A stretch of 64,000 bases of DNA. Origin: an uncultured virus (IMG/VR IMGVR_UViG_3300025821_000011) (taxonomy: Duplodnaviria; Heunggongvirae; Uroviricota; Caudoviricetes; Crassvirales). Positions 7,399 through 15,661 of this stretch are shown one piece after another. The position numbers and the translations under genes were made by a program. The notes under the pieces were generated by a model. The model did no database searches and was not told the origin of the DNA. It worked only from the letters and a program-made list of their open reading frames with translations. Within the stretch, counting starts at the first letter, position 1; each line of letters begins with the position of its first letter. Where the stretch lies: IMG/VR virus record IMGVR_UViG_3300025821_000011. One strand, written 5' to 3'.

Positions 7399-7877
7399 TG
7401 AATATATTTTATTTATCACACGATCCTAAGAAAGCAGCTGAGTACCAGTATAATAAGCATGTTGTAAAAATGATACTTGAAACCGCACAACTATTATGCA
7501 CTGCTCATTATGCATATAACAATGGACACAACGTTCCTTATAAAAAAACTCATTTAAACCATCCATCAACTATATGGGTTAGATCATCAGCTAAAGCATA
7601 TATGTGGGCATATGAACATATGTTAGCACTAGGTGCCGAGTATACTAAACGTTACGGTAAACATCATCTAACAATCTCTAAGTGCAGAGATGTGCTATAC
7701 ACGTTGCCTAGCGGTATACCGGATAAAGCTTTTGAGCAGCCACCCCAGTGTATGCCTGATGAGTACAAAGTTGAAGGAGATAGCGTTACAGCTTATTGGA
7801 ATTATTACGAAAATGAAAAGCACACTGTAAAAAATAAGAATGAAGACAAGATCGTACGACCTCACTATATAAATTAA
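7398..7877 (+). CDS. pyrimidine-dimer DNA glycosylase (DenV-like) family protein
   Basis: MNIFYL...KHVVKMILETAQLL...HLNHPSTIW...PPQCMPDEYK. Confidence 0.8.
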   Translation: MNIFYLSHDPKKAAEYQYNKHVVKMILETAQLLCTAHYAYNNGHNVPYKKTHLNHPSTIWVRSSAKAYMWAYEHMLALGAEYTKRYGKHHLTISKCRDVLYTLPSGIPDKAFEQPPQCMPDEYKVEGDSVTAYWNYYENEKHTVKNKNEDKIVRPHYIN

Positions 7878-7879
7878 TT

Positions 7880-8068
7880 ATGCAGAAATTACTACGCAAA
7901 TTAAAAAAGAATAAAAGAAAAGCAAAACACGTTATATTGCTTCGTGAAAGAATAACAGAGTTACACGATAGCATTTTTCATAGGGCATTAAAGGGTGATA
8001 CACCAAAAATTATTGAAGCAAAGCTTCTTAAGAAGTATAACAGAAGATTAAAATTAATCTTATATTAG
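7880..8068 (+). CDS. small basic hypothetical protein
   Basis: 62-aa ORF within the operon. Confidence 0.65.
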   Translation: MQKLLRKLKKNKRKAKHVILLRERITELHDSIFHRALKGDTPKIIEAKLLKKYNRRLKLILY

Positions 8069-8071
8069 CAG

Positions 8072-8117
8072 TGCGACACTAGCTAGTATAATATAATAGT
8101 AAGAGGCTAATGTCACA
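8072..8117. promoter_or_regulatory. spaced palindrome (operator/origin-like), copy 1 of 3
   Basis: tgcgacactagc-N22-gctaatgtcaca, overlapping the ATG of the HTH gene. Confidence 0.55.
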
Positions 8118-8736
8118 GTTTGAACGAAACATGGATTATCTACATAAACATCGAATAACATATAAACGTAACCCTGTTACGGATAAACCTACAGAGGTAT
8201 TTGAATGGGGTAATTTCTATGAAGATGGAACGCATGAATGTTATGCATTGTTTAGTTCTAAGGCTAAAATTAACACATATAAGAGCCTTAAATGGCATTT
8301 GTATGTATTATGGTATCTAAATCCTAAAATGGATCAAGACAACTTTAATTTAATTTCTAAATATATATGCGATAATACAAATGGTTTTGTTACATTTGTA
8401 ATATCCGAAAGATTACGCGAGAAAATGGTATACGATGTTTCGTTGATGGATTTAGAAAAACCACCACCAAATAAACTGCGTAAAATTATATTTAAAGACT
8501 TTTCGGGTTTAGACATGAAACAAAAATTGTCTATAGTAGGTAAGATGGTTGGTAGAAAAAGTATATCTGAATCAGAAATATACGATGCTATGATACTATT
8601 GAATGACGCTGGAATTAAAATAACAATCGCTGGATTAGCTAAGTCATTAAATTGTTCATCAAGAACTGTTCACAGAAATATGGGCAATGAACTTAAAAAA
8701 GAAAAACAATTACTAAATCAGCAAATAACAAAATGA
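8110..8736 (+). CDS. DNA-binding protein with C-terminal HTH
   Basis: ITIAGLAKSLNCSSRTVHR helix-turn-helix pattern. Confidence 0.7.
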   Translation: MSQFERNMDYLHKHRITYKRNPVTDKPTEVFEWGNFYEDGTHECYALFSSKAKINTYKSLKWHLYVLWYLNPKMDQDNFNLISKYICDNTNGFVTFVISERLREKMVYDVSLMDLEKPPPNKLRKIIFKDFSGLDMKQKLSIVGKMVGRKSISESEIYDAMILLNDAGIKITIAGLAKSLNCSSRTVHRNMGNELKKEKQLLNQQITK

Positions 8737-8788
8737 CTTTAAATTATATACTTTGTTATATACTAGGCGGTTTAAAAAAGAGAATATT

Positions 8789-8989
8789 ATGGAAGCGCAT
8801 AACGTAAAATACGGAACAAAAGTAATAGTAACGAATAATGAAGTTAAAACACCACCTTCATCAATACCCATAAATAAAGGTGACGAAATTACAATATACA
8901 GACTTGATGGGATGTACTGCAATGGAATAGATAAAGATGGTAATAGAATTTATATTGCTGGATGGACTGAAGTTGAGCCTTGTATATAA
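8789..8989 (+). CDS. cassette hypothetical protein (start moved to ATG 8789)
   Basis: MEAHNVKYGTKV...; stop lies within the terminal tAAc. Confidence 0.75.
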   Translation: MEAHNVKYGTKVIVTNNEVKTPPSSIPINKGDEITIYRLDGMYCNGIDKDGNRIYIAGWTEVEPCI

Positions 8990-9046
8990 CGGCTACGTGT
9001 AACCGTAGTTGCGTGATTAATAACAGAATTAAATAGATATAAACAA

Positions 9047-9256
9047 ATGAAAAAAGCAGAATTTATTAAAAAATTTAGTAAGATAGAATATACTTTTGAA
9101 GATGAATTTAAAGCAGAATTTAATAGTCCTGAACTTATTTGGGAAGCACTTAAAAAGCAATTAACTTTAACCGATGATAATGAATTGGATTGCCCTTATG
9201 AATTTACAAGTAGATGTACAATGGGTAGATGTGGCTGTAAACCTAAAGCAAGCTAA
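9047..9256 (+). CDS. chimeric small protein with Cys-rich tail
   Basis: Contains the LTLTD junction motif shared with 3892 and 6393. Confidence 0.7.
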   Translation: MKKAEFIKKFSKIEYTFEDEFKAEFNSPELIWEALKKQLTLTDDNELDCPYEFTSRCTMGRCGCKPKAS

Positions 9257-9389
9257 TTGTTACCAACGAGAAAGCATAAGAGTATGTAGCGGTATCGTAC
9301 CAGTGCGTTAAGGGTTTGGATATTACCTTGACTTAGACGAAGACTAAAGTTCAGCAACGAACACCGCTATTAATTTTAAATAAATACAA

Positions 9390-10010
9390 ATGAAAAAAGT
9401 AACAAAAAAATTACAAAGATTTATTGATTCAATTTCTACAACAGGAGATAGTAAAATACCTAATGATGATGGTAAAATTTATTACTCTAAAGTAGATGGT
9501 TCTTACTTAACAAGAGTTGGAATGGAAAACGAGTTAAACTTCTTATTAAAAAGAGGTGTAACTGAACAAATACAAGATGGATATGGAGAGCCTAAAACTT
9601 GTTGTATTGGACTGAACCCATTAGAGCAAAAATGGTATGGTTGGTCGCATAGAGCAATATTTGGTTTTGGAATTGGGAGTGAGTGTAAAAAAGGAGATTG
9701 CGGATATGAAGCCGATAATAAAGAAAATTTTGCACAAAGTTGTTTAGACTTTTGGGGAGATAATGAATATAGTATTGGAGATAATAAATTTGAGTTTGGA
9801 GAAGGTCTTGACTATATGGGCGAAAAGGAAGTAAAAGGTGTTTGGGTAGCGTACACGTACAACAATAAAGTGCCAAACAAAAGTTTAAGAGGTACGGAAT
9901 ACACAAACTTCTCACAATTTCCAGAAAAATGGGGTAAAGGAGAATGGACTGCAAAAACTATTGAGGATGCTAAAATTATGGCGGTAGATTTTGCTAAAGG
10001 AGTTTCGTAA
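9390..10010 (+). CDS. hypothetical phage protein
   Basis: 206 aa; KWYGWSHRAIFGFGIG motif. Confidence 0.85.
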   Translation: MKKVTKKLQRFIDSISTTGDSKIPNDDGKIYYSKVDGSYLTRVGMENELNFLLKRGVTEQIQDGYGEPKTCCIGLNPLEQKWYGWSHRAIFGFGIGSECKKGDCGYEADNKENFAQSCLDFWGDNEYSIGDNKFEFGEGLDYMGEKEVKGVWVAYTYNNKVPNKSLRGTEYTNFSQFPEKWGKGEWTAKTIEDAKIMAVDFAKGVS

Positions 10011-10019
10011 ACTATACAC

Positions 10020-10055
10020 GGGCGTTCGAGCCACAACAGTGAGCGCCCTTTTTTT
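10020..10055 (+). terminator. rho-independent terminator
   Basis: gggcgttc..gagcgccc followed by a T run. Confidence 0.7.
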
Positions 10056-10121
10056 AAATATGTTTTAGAACGTACCGCAGATAAGATTAGTTGCGATTAA
10101 ATAACACTTAAATTAATAAAA

Positions 10122-10217
10122 ATGGCAGGAATAAATTTTACAGACGAAAGAGAATATAGTAAACCACTAACTTTTAAAAATAATGATGTTATACACGTTG
10201 TTAGCAAATCGTTTTAA
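10122..10217 (+). CDS. 31-aa ORF ending just after a junction (N-terminal module only)
   Basis: MAGINFTDEREYSKPLTFKNNDVIHVVSKSF. Confidence 0.45.
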   Translation: MAGINFTDEREYSKPLTFKNNDVIHVVSKSF

Positions 10218-10248
10218 TGTTGGTAGTTAAAAATTAAATTAATAAATT

Positions 10249-10282
10249 TACAGACTAAACACGAATAGGAATTGATAATATA
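10249..10282 (+). promoter_or_regulatory. putative early phage promoter
   Basis: tacagactaaacacga-N9-gataatata upstream of the sigma gene. Confidence 0.7.
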
Positions 10283-10287
10283 AACAG

Positions 10288-11052
10288 ATGAAAAAGTATA
10301 ACATACAAAACTACGTTAGGTATAAGAATGATGTTAAGAAATCCATGCCAGAAGATAAAGCCTTCAGCGAGTACACTAGAGATGAACTTATAATAAAGTT
10401 TATGCCACTAGTTGAGAATCTAGCTAGAAAGTTTTCTACAAGCGATCAAGCTTCTGGAATATTAAGTATTAACGATCTAATACAAATAGGTAACGAAGGA
10501 TTGGTTAAGTCTGTAGACAGGTTAGACTGGACTGTTTTAAAAGATTCTCAGGATATAGAAAAAACTTTAAAATCGTTTATAAGCAAAAGAGTTAAAGGGG
10601 CTATTAGAAGACGTATAGATATGAACAGAGGAGATATGCGAATACCAGAGCATAAGTTAAATGAAATACGTAATAATCCTGAAGATAAAAAAGCTGTTGC
10701 CCTGTTTTTTAATTCAATATTTTTAAGTATTGATTCTATAGCTTCAAGTGATGATGATATTGATGGAGAAACTTGGGCTAATAGTATTGAAGATAAGTCA
10801 GAAGATTATAATATACATTTATTAAATATTTATCTTTCAAGTTTAATGAAAAAATATTTAAATATAAAAGAATATGAAGTGTTAAGATTATCTTACGGAT
10901 TAGATTGTCCTAAGCACTCAGCAAAAGAAATTGCAGATAAATTAAACATAAAAGGAGCAAGAGATTATGTCACGGTTTCAGAGCTAAAAAAGCAAGCAGT
11001 ACAAACTCTTATAGACAACGTAGATCATACACAAGTGCTTGACTACCTTTAG
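10288..11052 (+). CDS. phage sigma-70 family RNA polymerase sigma factor
   Basis: LVENLARKF...DLIQIGNEGLVKSVDR (region 2), MRIP, LSYGL...EIADKL (region 4). Confidence 0.85.
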   Translation: MKKYNIQNYVRYKNDVKKSMPEDKAFSEYTRDELIIKFMPLVENLARKFSTSDQASGILSINDLIQIGNEGLVKSVDRLDWTVLKDSQDIEKTLKSFISKRVKGAIRRRIDMNRGDMRIPEHKLNEIRNNPEDKKAVALFFNSIFLSIDSIASSDDDIDGETWANSIEDKSEDYNIHLLNIYLSSLMKKYLNIKEYEVLRLSYGLDCPKHSAKEIADKLNIKGARDYVTVSELKKQAVQTLIDNVDHTQVLDYL

Positions 11053-11071
11053 GTTAAGTGCTTAAAGTAAT

Positions 11072-11100
11072 GTAAAAGAATAACTAAATATGTAATTATA
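11072..11100 (+). promoter_or_regulatory. putative middle/late promoter GTAA-N16-GTAATTA
   Basis: One of 6 copies upstream of transcription units. Confidence 0.55.
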
Positions 11101-11105
11101 TAAGT

Positions 11106-11657
11106 ATGGAAGAACAAACATTAAATAGTAAACTGGCTACCATCCAGACAAAATTTAAATCAAAGAAAAGTAGATTTAATTCATTCGGTAAATACAAATT
11201 CAGATCAGCCGAAGATATCTTAGAGGCAACCAAACCTTTCTTATTACAGTTAGGAGTAACGGTAACAATTCAAGAACAAATGTTAACAGCGGAACCATTT
11301 CCAATATTAGAATCAACCGCTACTATTACAGACGGTAAAGATGCTATACATGCTACAGCAGTTGTCGGTGTCGACCTAGCTCAAAAGGGTATGCAAATGC
11401 CTCAGAAGTTTGGCTCAGCTAGTTCTTATGGTAAAAAATATTCGCTCGGTAATTTATTTTTAATTGATGATACAGCCGATAGCGACGCAATAAATTCACA
11501 TGGTAAAGCACCAACAGCAAAAAGCACATTAACTTCAGAAAAAGACCCAGCATTTCCAAAAGCTGTAGAGTTTATTAAAAAAGGAGGTAAGCTTGAGGCT
11601 ATAAAAGCTAAATACGATCTATCCAAGGAGATAGAAACTAAATTAACAACACTATAA
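11106..11657 (+). CDS. ERF family ssDNA annealing protein
   Basis: KYKFRSAEDILEA and QKFGSASSYGKKYSL...DSD motifs. Confidence 0.85.
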   Translation: MEEQTLNSKLATIQTKFKSKKSRFNSFGKYKFRSAEDILEATKPFLLQLGVTVTIQEQMLTAEPFPILESTATITDGKDAIHATAVVGVDLAQKGMQMPQKFGSASSYGKKYSLGNLFLIDDTADSDAINSHGKAPTAKSTLTSEKDPAFPKAVEFIKKGGKLEAIKAKYDLSKEIETKLTTL

Positions 11658-11658
11658 A

Positions 11659-12399
11659 ATGGGAGAGTGGAATAAAAAAGAAGTGCTAGATAAACTTGTA
11701 GACGATGAGCAATATTATGGAGCTTTTGGTCGTCAATTTAGAAGCAATTCTGACATTATGACATTATTAACAAACCCTTTAGCGCTTGGCACGCCTCATA
11801 AGCCAAACATTAATTTTTTAGTCGGTGGCTACTTTCACACAGCAATACTTGAGCCAAATAAACTCAAAAAGTATAAGATCGTAGAGTCATCAACAAGAAA
11901 TACAAAAGCGTACAAGGAGATTTCAGGAGGGGAAATGTGTTTACTACAACATGAAGTGGATAACCTAGAAATGTTAATCGATACAATGAAGGCTAACAAT
12001 GTCTGTAAAGGATTAATAGAAGGTATCAATGTTGAGTATGAACAGCCTGGAATTAAAGAGATTGAAGGATTATGGTGGAAAGGTAAAGCAGATATTGTTA
12101 ATCACGACGAAAGATTAATTGTTGATTTAAAAACAACAAGTGATATAACAAAATTCAGAAGCTCAGCTTTCCGTTATAACTACGACAGTCAAGCATACAT
12201 TTATCGTAAGATATTCGGTTATGATCTAATTTTTATTGCAATAGATAAAAAGACAGGCCAAATTGGTATCTTTGATTGTTCAGATGCTTTCTATGAAAGC
12301 GGTAAGGACAAAGTACAACAAGCCGTAGAACAATATAAATTGTTTTACGATAACCCGGATTTCGATCCAAAAGATTATTTTATTAACAAGACTTTATAA
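11659..12399 (+). CDS. PD-(D/E)XK RecE-like exonuclease
   Basis: FHTAILEP, KGKADI..IVDLKTT, YDSQAYIY. Confidence 0.8.
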   Translation: MGEWNKKEVLDKLVDDEQYYGAFGRQFRSNSDIMTLLTNPLALGTPHKPNINFLVGGYFHTAILEPNKLKKYKIVESSTRNTKAYKEISGGEMCLLQHEVDNLEMLIDTMKANNVCKGLIEGINVEYEQPGIKEIEGLWWKGKADIVNHDERLIVDLKTTSDITKFRSSAFRYNYDSQAYIYRKIFGYDLIFIAIDKKTGQIGIFDCSDAFYESGKDKVQQAVEQYKLFYDNPDFDPKDYFINKTL

Positions 12400-12411
12400 A
12401 AAAAGGAAATT

Positions 12412-12729
12412 ATGGCAAGTATTATTAAAGCAAACATCAATTTAAATGAAATCCCTAAAGACAAGATCTACAAGGGTAAAAAAGGTAGCTACCTACCTAT
12501 TACAATTACTATTAACGATGAAGTAGACCAGTTCGGTAATCAAGGACCAGTTATTGTTGATCAATCAAAAGAAGAGCGTGATGCTAAAGCACCTAAAGTT
12601 TATTTAGGAAATGTAAAAGTTGTTTGGACAAACGGAGAAAATGTTAATGCAGCTCCAAGAGAAGACAGTCAAGGGCAGCAAGTTCCAGCTAATTCTTTTA
12701 CAGCACAGCCAGATGATCTACCGTTTTAA
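12412..12729 (+). CDS. single-stranded DNA-binding protein
   Basis: C-terminal DDLPF; located after ERF and exonuclease. Confidence 0.75.
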   Translation: MASIIKANINLNEIPKDKIYKGKKGSYLPITITINDEVDQFGNQGPVIVDQSKEERDAKAPKVYLGNVKVVWTNGENVNAAPREDSQGQQVPANSFTAQPDDLPF

Positions 12730-12854
12730 TGGCGATATACGCAAATGGAAAAACAGGTGTTATAACACATACCTGTGAAATGTGTGAAAAGATCATAACT
12801 GAAGAAGATTATGACTTCTGCGATATATGTCCAGAATGTTTAGATGGAGAATAA
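12729..12854 (+). CDS. small Zn-finger protein, 41 aa, not in ORF track
   Basis: CEMC...CDICPEC. Confidence 0.6.
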   Translation: MAIYANGKTGVITHTCEMCEKIITEEDYDFCDICPECLDGE

Positions 12855-12880
12855 TTAAATTAAATTAAATTAAATAACCT

Positions 12881-14593
12881 ATGCAAATAGAGACAACGGA
12901 AATAAATGGTTTCGTTATAGACGAGTTCAATCAACACAAACTCGAAGAAGGTAAGAAACAGGGGATATGTCCCCTGTGCTCTTCTGATAGAAAATCTAAG
13001 AATCAAAAAGCACAATGCGCTTCTTATGATTGGACAAGAGGAATAGGTACCTGCCACAATTGTCACAATTCTTTTCAACTACACACATACAAACGTAAAG
13101 GTAACGCTGAAAAAATATATGTAAAACCAGATAAAATAGTTATAAAAGAACCAGGATCTAAGGTCCAAGAATGGTTTAAGACTAGAGGAATATCTGTTGA
13201 TACACTTAATGATTTAAAAGTTACTGAAGGTCCAGAATGGATGCCGCAAACGCAGAAGTCTGAGAATGTAATAAAGTTCAATTATTTTATGGGCGGTGAG
13301 TTAACTAATGTTAAATACCGAGATGGAAGAAAGAACTTTAAATTATTTAAAGGGGCTGAGAAAGTCTTTTATAATATAGATAGCATTGTAGGTTTTGAAT
13401 ATTGTGTTATTGTAGAAGGTGAAATGGATGTGCTTGCACTACACGAAGCTGGTATAACAAACGCTATATCAGTTCCTAACGGAGCAACTCTTAATACAAA
13501 CAACTTAGATTACTTAGATGCTTGTATTGATTACTTTGAAGACAAAGATAAAATTATATTAGCTGTTGACTCTGATGAGGCTGGACAAGCATTACAAACA
13601 GAACTTATTCGTAGATTAGGTTCTGAAGTTTGTTATATAACTACATTTGAAGATTGTAAAGACGCTAATGAATATTTATTAAAGTATGGAAAAGAAAAAC
13701 TTACAACTAGAATTACGAAAGCAAAGCCTGTCCCACTTGAGAACGTTACAACGTTTAGGGATATTGAAGATGAGGTTACTGATTTTGTACGTAATGGTTT
13801 TAAACCTGGATTTCAGGTTGGCCTTCAAAATTTTGATGATATATTTTCAACTTACACTGGTCAATTTATTACGGTCACTGGTATCCCTTCATCTGGTAAA
13901 AGCGATTTTGTTGATCAAATGGTGGTCGGCTATAATGCGAATTACGGGTGGAAAACGGCATTTGCTTCACCTGAAAATCAACCGACTTATTTACATGCTC
14001 ATAAATTAATGCGTAAGACTTGGCAAGACATGCCTACTAAAGCAGATATTGGAGGAGATCGTTGGAACAAAATAGCAGATCACTGTAATGGTAACTACTT
14101 TCATATTGACATGGAAAAATATACATTAGATTCCGTATTACGCAAAGGAGCAGAGCTTGTTAAGCGTAAAGGTATTAAGTGTTTAGTTATTGATCCATTT
14201 AATAAAGTTAGAGACGTTGGCGGATCTGATGATGTCAATAGATATACTATGGAATACTTACAGAAAATAGAAATATTTGCTAAGAAGTACGATGTACTAG
14301 TATTTATTGTAGCTCATCCAACTAAAATGTATAAGAATAAAGACGGGCAAATTGAAGAACCTACCATGTATTCTATTAAGGGTGGTGGTGAATGGTACGA
14401 TGCTTCTTATCACGGAATATTGGTTCATAGAAACTATGATGATAACACTGTAAAAGCCAAAGTATTAAAAGTTAAGTTTCAGAACTTAGGTACCAATCAA
14501 GCTGAAGCACATTTTAAATGGGAACCAAAGTCAGGTTGTTTTATTCCTTATGAACCTTTAAATATAACAGGCGACGCAATGCCTTGGGAATAA
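12881..14593 (+). CDS. primase-helicase (T7 gp4/Twinkle-like)
   Basis: N-terminal Zn finger, TOPRIM (VEGEMD, DSDEAG), Walker A GIPSSGKS, IDP, VAHP. Confidence 0.9.
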   Translation: MQIETTEINGFVIDEFNQHKLEEGKKQGICPLCSSDRKSKNQKAQCASYDWTRGIGTCHNCHNSFQLHTYKRKGNAEKIYVKPDKIVIKEPGSKVQEWFKTRGISVDTLNDLKVTEGPEWMPQTQKSENVIKFNYFMGGELTNVKYRDGRKNFKLFKGAEKVFYNIDSIVGFEYCVIVEGEMDVLALHEAGITNAISVPNGATLNTNNLDYLDACIDYFEDKDKIILAVDSDEAGQALQTELIRRLGSEVCYITTFEDCKDANEYLLKYGKEKLTTRITKAKPVPLENVTTFRDIEDEVTDFVRNGFKPGFQVGLQNFDDIFSTYTGQFITVTGIPSSGKSDFVDQMVVGYNANYGWKTAFASPENQPTYLHAHKLMRKTWQDMPTKADIGGDRWNKIADHCNGNYFHIDMEKYTLDSVLRKGAELVKRKGIKCLVIDPFNKVRDVGGSDDVNRYTMEYLQKIEIFAKKYDVLVFIVAHPTKMYKNKDGQIEEPTMYSIKGGGEWYDASYHGILVHRNYDDNTVKAKVLKVKFQNLGTNQAEAHFKWEPKSGCFIPYEPLNITGDAMPWE

Positions 14594-14848
14594 ATGGGTA
14601 GCGGCAATAAAAAGAAAAATGTTAATATGGGTGATGCTCCTTATAAAGAAGAGTCATGGATCCCTTATAGATGGTGTGTAAGAAACAATATAGCTATTGC
14701 AGCTAACGCTAAAAACAACAGCGCTTGGCATATTGATATAACACAAAACGGTAAGACTACAACAAGTCCAGAGTCTTTTGGTAAAAATGAGATATGGCAA
14801 AAAATATTTGAATACTCTAAATATTATTATGATAAATATAAAGAATGA
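14594..14848 (+). CDS. hypothetical protein
   Basis: 84-aa ORF within the operon. Confidence 0.7.
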   Translation: MGSGNKKKNVNMGDAPYKEESWIPYRWCVRNNIAIAANAKNNSAWHIDITQNGKTTTSPESFGKNEIWQKIFEYSKYYYDKYKE

Positions 14849-15653
14849 ATACAAAGGATTATTATCAGAAATACTCGACACAGGAATGGATAAGTCGGAT
14901 AGAACAGGGACTGGGACAAAGTCTGTCTTTGGAAGAACAATCAGGCACGATATGTCACTTGGCTTCCCTATCCTTACAGCAAAAAAAATAAGTTTTAATG
15001 CTGCAAGAACCGAATTACTTTGGATATTACAAGGTAGAACAGATTTAAAATATCTTGAAGATAATGGTGTTAAGTATTGGCGACCAGATTATGAACGCTC
15101 AGGTAGAACAGATGAAACATTAGGTCCTGTGTATGGAAAACAGTGGCGTGATTTTAACGGCATAGATCAGCTTAAAAATCTTGTGTATAGCATTAATACT
15201 AACGCGCATTCAAGACGCCTTGTGGTTAGCGCATGGGCTCCACACGAGCTAGATGAAATGGCATTGCCTCCTTGTCATTACGCTTTTCAAGTTTATATAA
15301 ATAATGGTGTTATGGATTTGATGTGGCAACAACGATCTGCCGATGTTTTCTTAGGTTTACCTTACGATATTGCAATGTATGGTTTGCTATTAGAAATGTT
15401 AGCTAAAGGCGCTGAGTTAAAAGCTGGTCAATTAATTGGTCAACTAGGTGATTGCCATTTATACAACAATCATTTAGATCAAGCTAGGGAGTTTAGAAGA
15501 AGACACAATCCAAAGCTTCCTCAGTTAGAATTAGATAGCGGTATATTTTTAAGTATCAGCAATGATTTATATATACCTGAATCAAATAAAATTAAATTAA
15601 TTAACTACAATCCTTTGTCTGCAATCAAAGCAGAGTTAAGCGTTGGCAAATAA
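14829..15653 (+). CDS. thyA: thymidylate synthase
   Basis: DRTGTGT, LGPVYGKQWR, ALPPCH, QRSADVFLGLP, DCHLYNNH; start uncertain (track gives 14778). Confidence 0.95.
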   Translation: MINIKNEYKGLLSEILDTGMDKSDRTGTGTKSVFGRTIRHDMSLGFPILTAKKISFNAARTELLWILQGRTDLKYLEDNGVKYWRPDYERSGRTDETLGPVYGKQWRDFNGIDQLKNLVYSINTNAHSRRLVVSAWAPHELDEMALPPCHYAFQVYINNGVMDLMWQQRSADVFLGLPYDIAMYGLLLEMLAKGAELKAGQLIGQLGDCHLYNNHLDQAREFRRRHNPKLPQLELDSGIFLSISNDLYIPESNKIKLINYNPLSAIKAELSVGK

Positions 15654-15661
15654 AAATAAAT

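Larger units (their letters stand above)
8755..10225 (+). mobile_element. integron-like cassette array 3 (partly degenerate)
   Basis: Unit 8755-8990 (gttatatactaggc / gccttgtatataac); degenerate sites at 8988-9178, 9265-9377 and 10069-10202. Confidence 0.6.
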
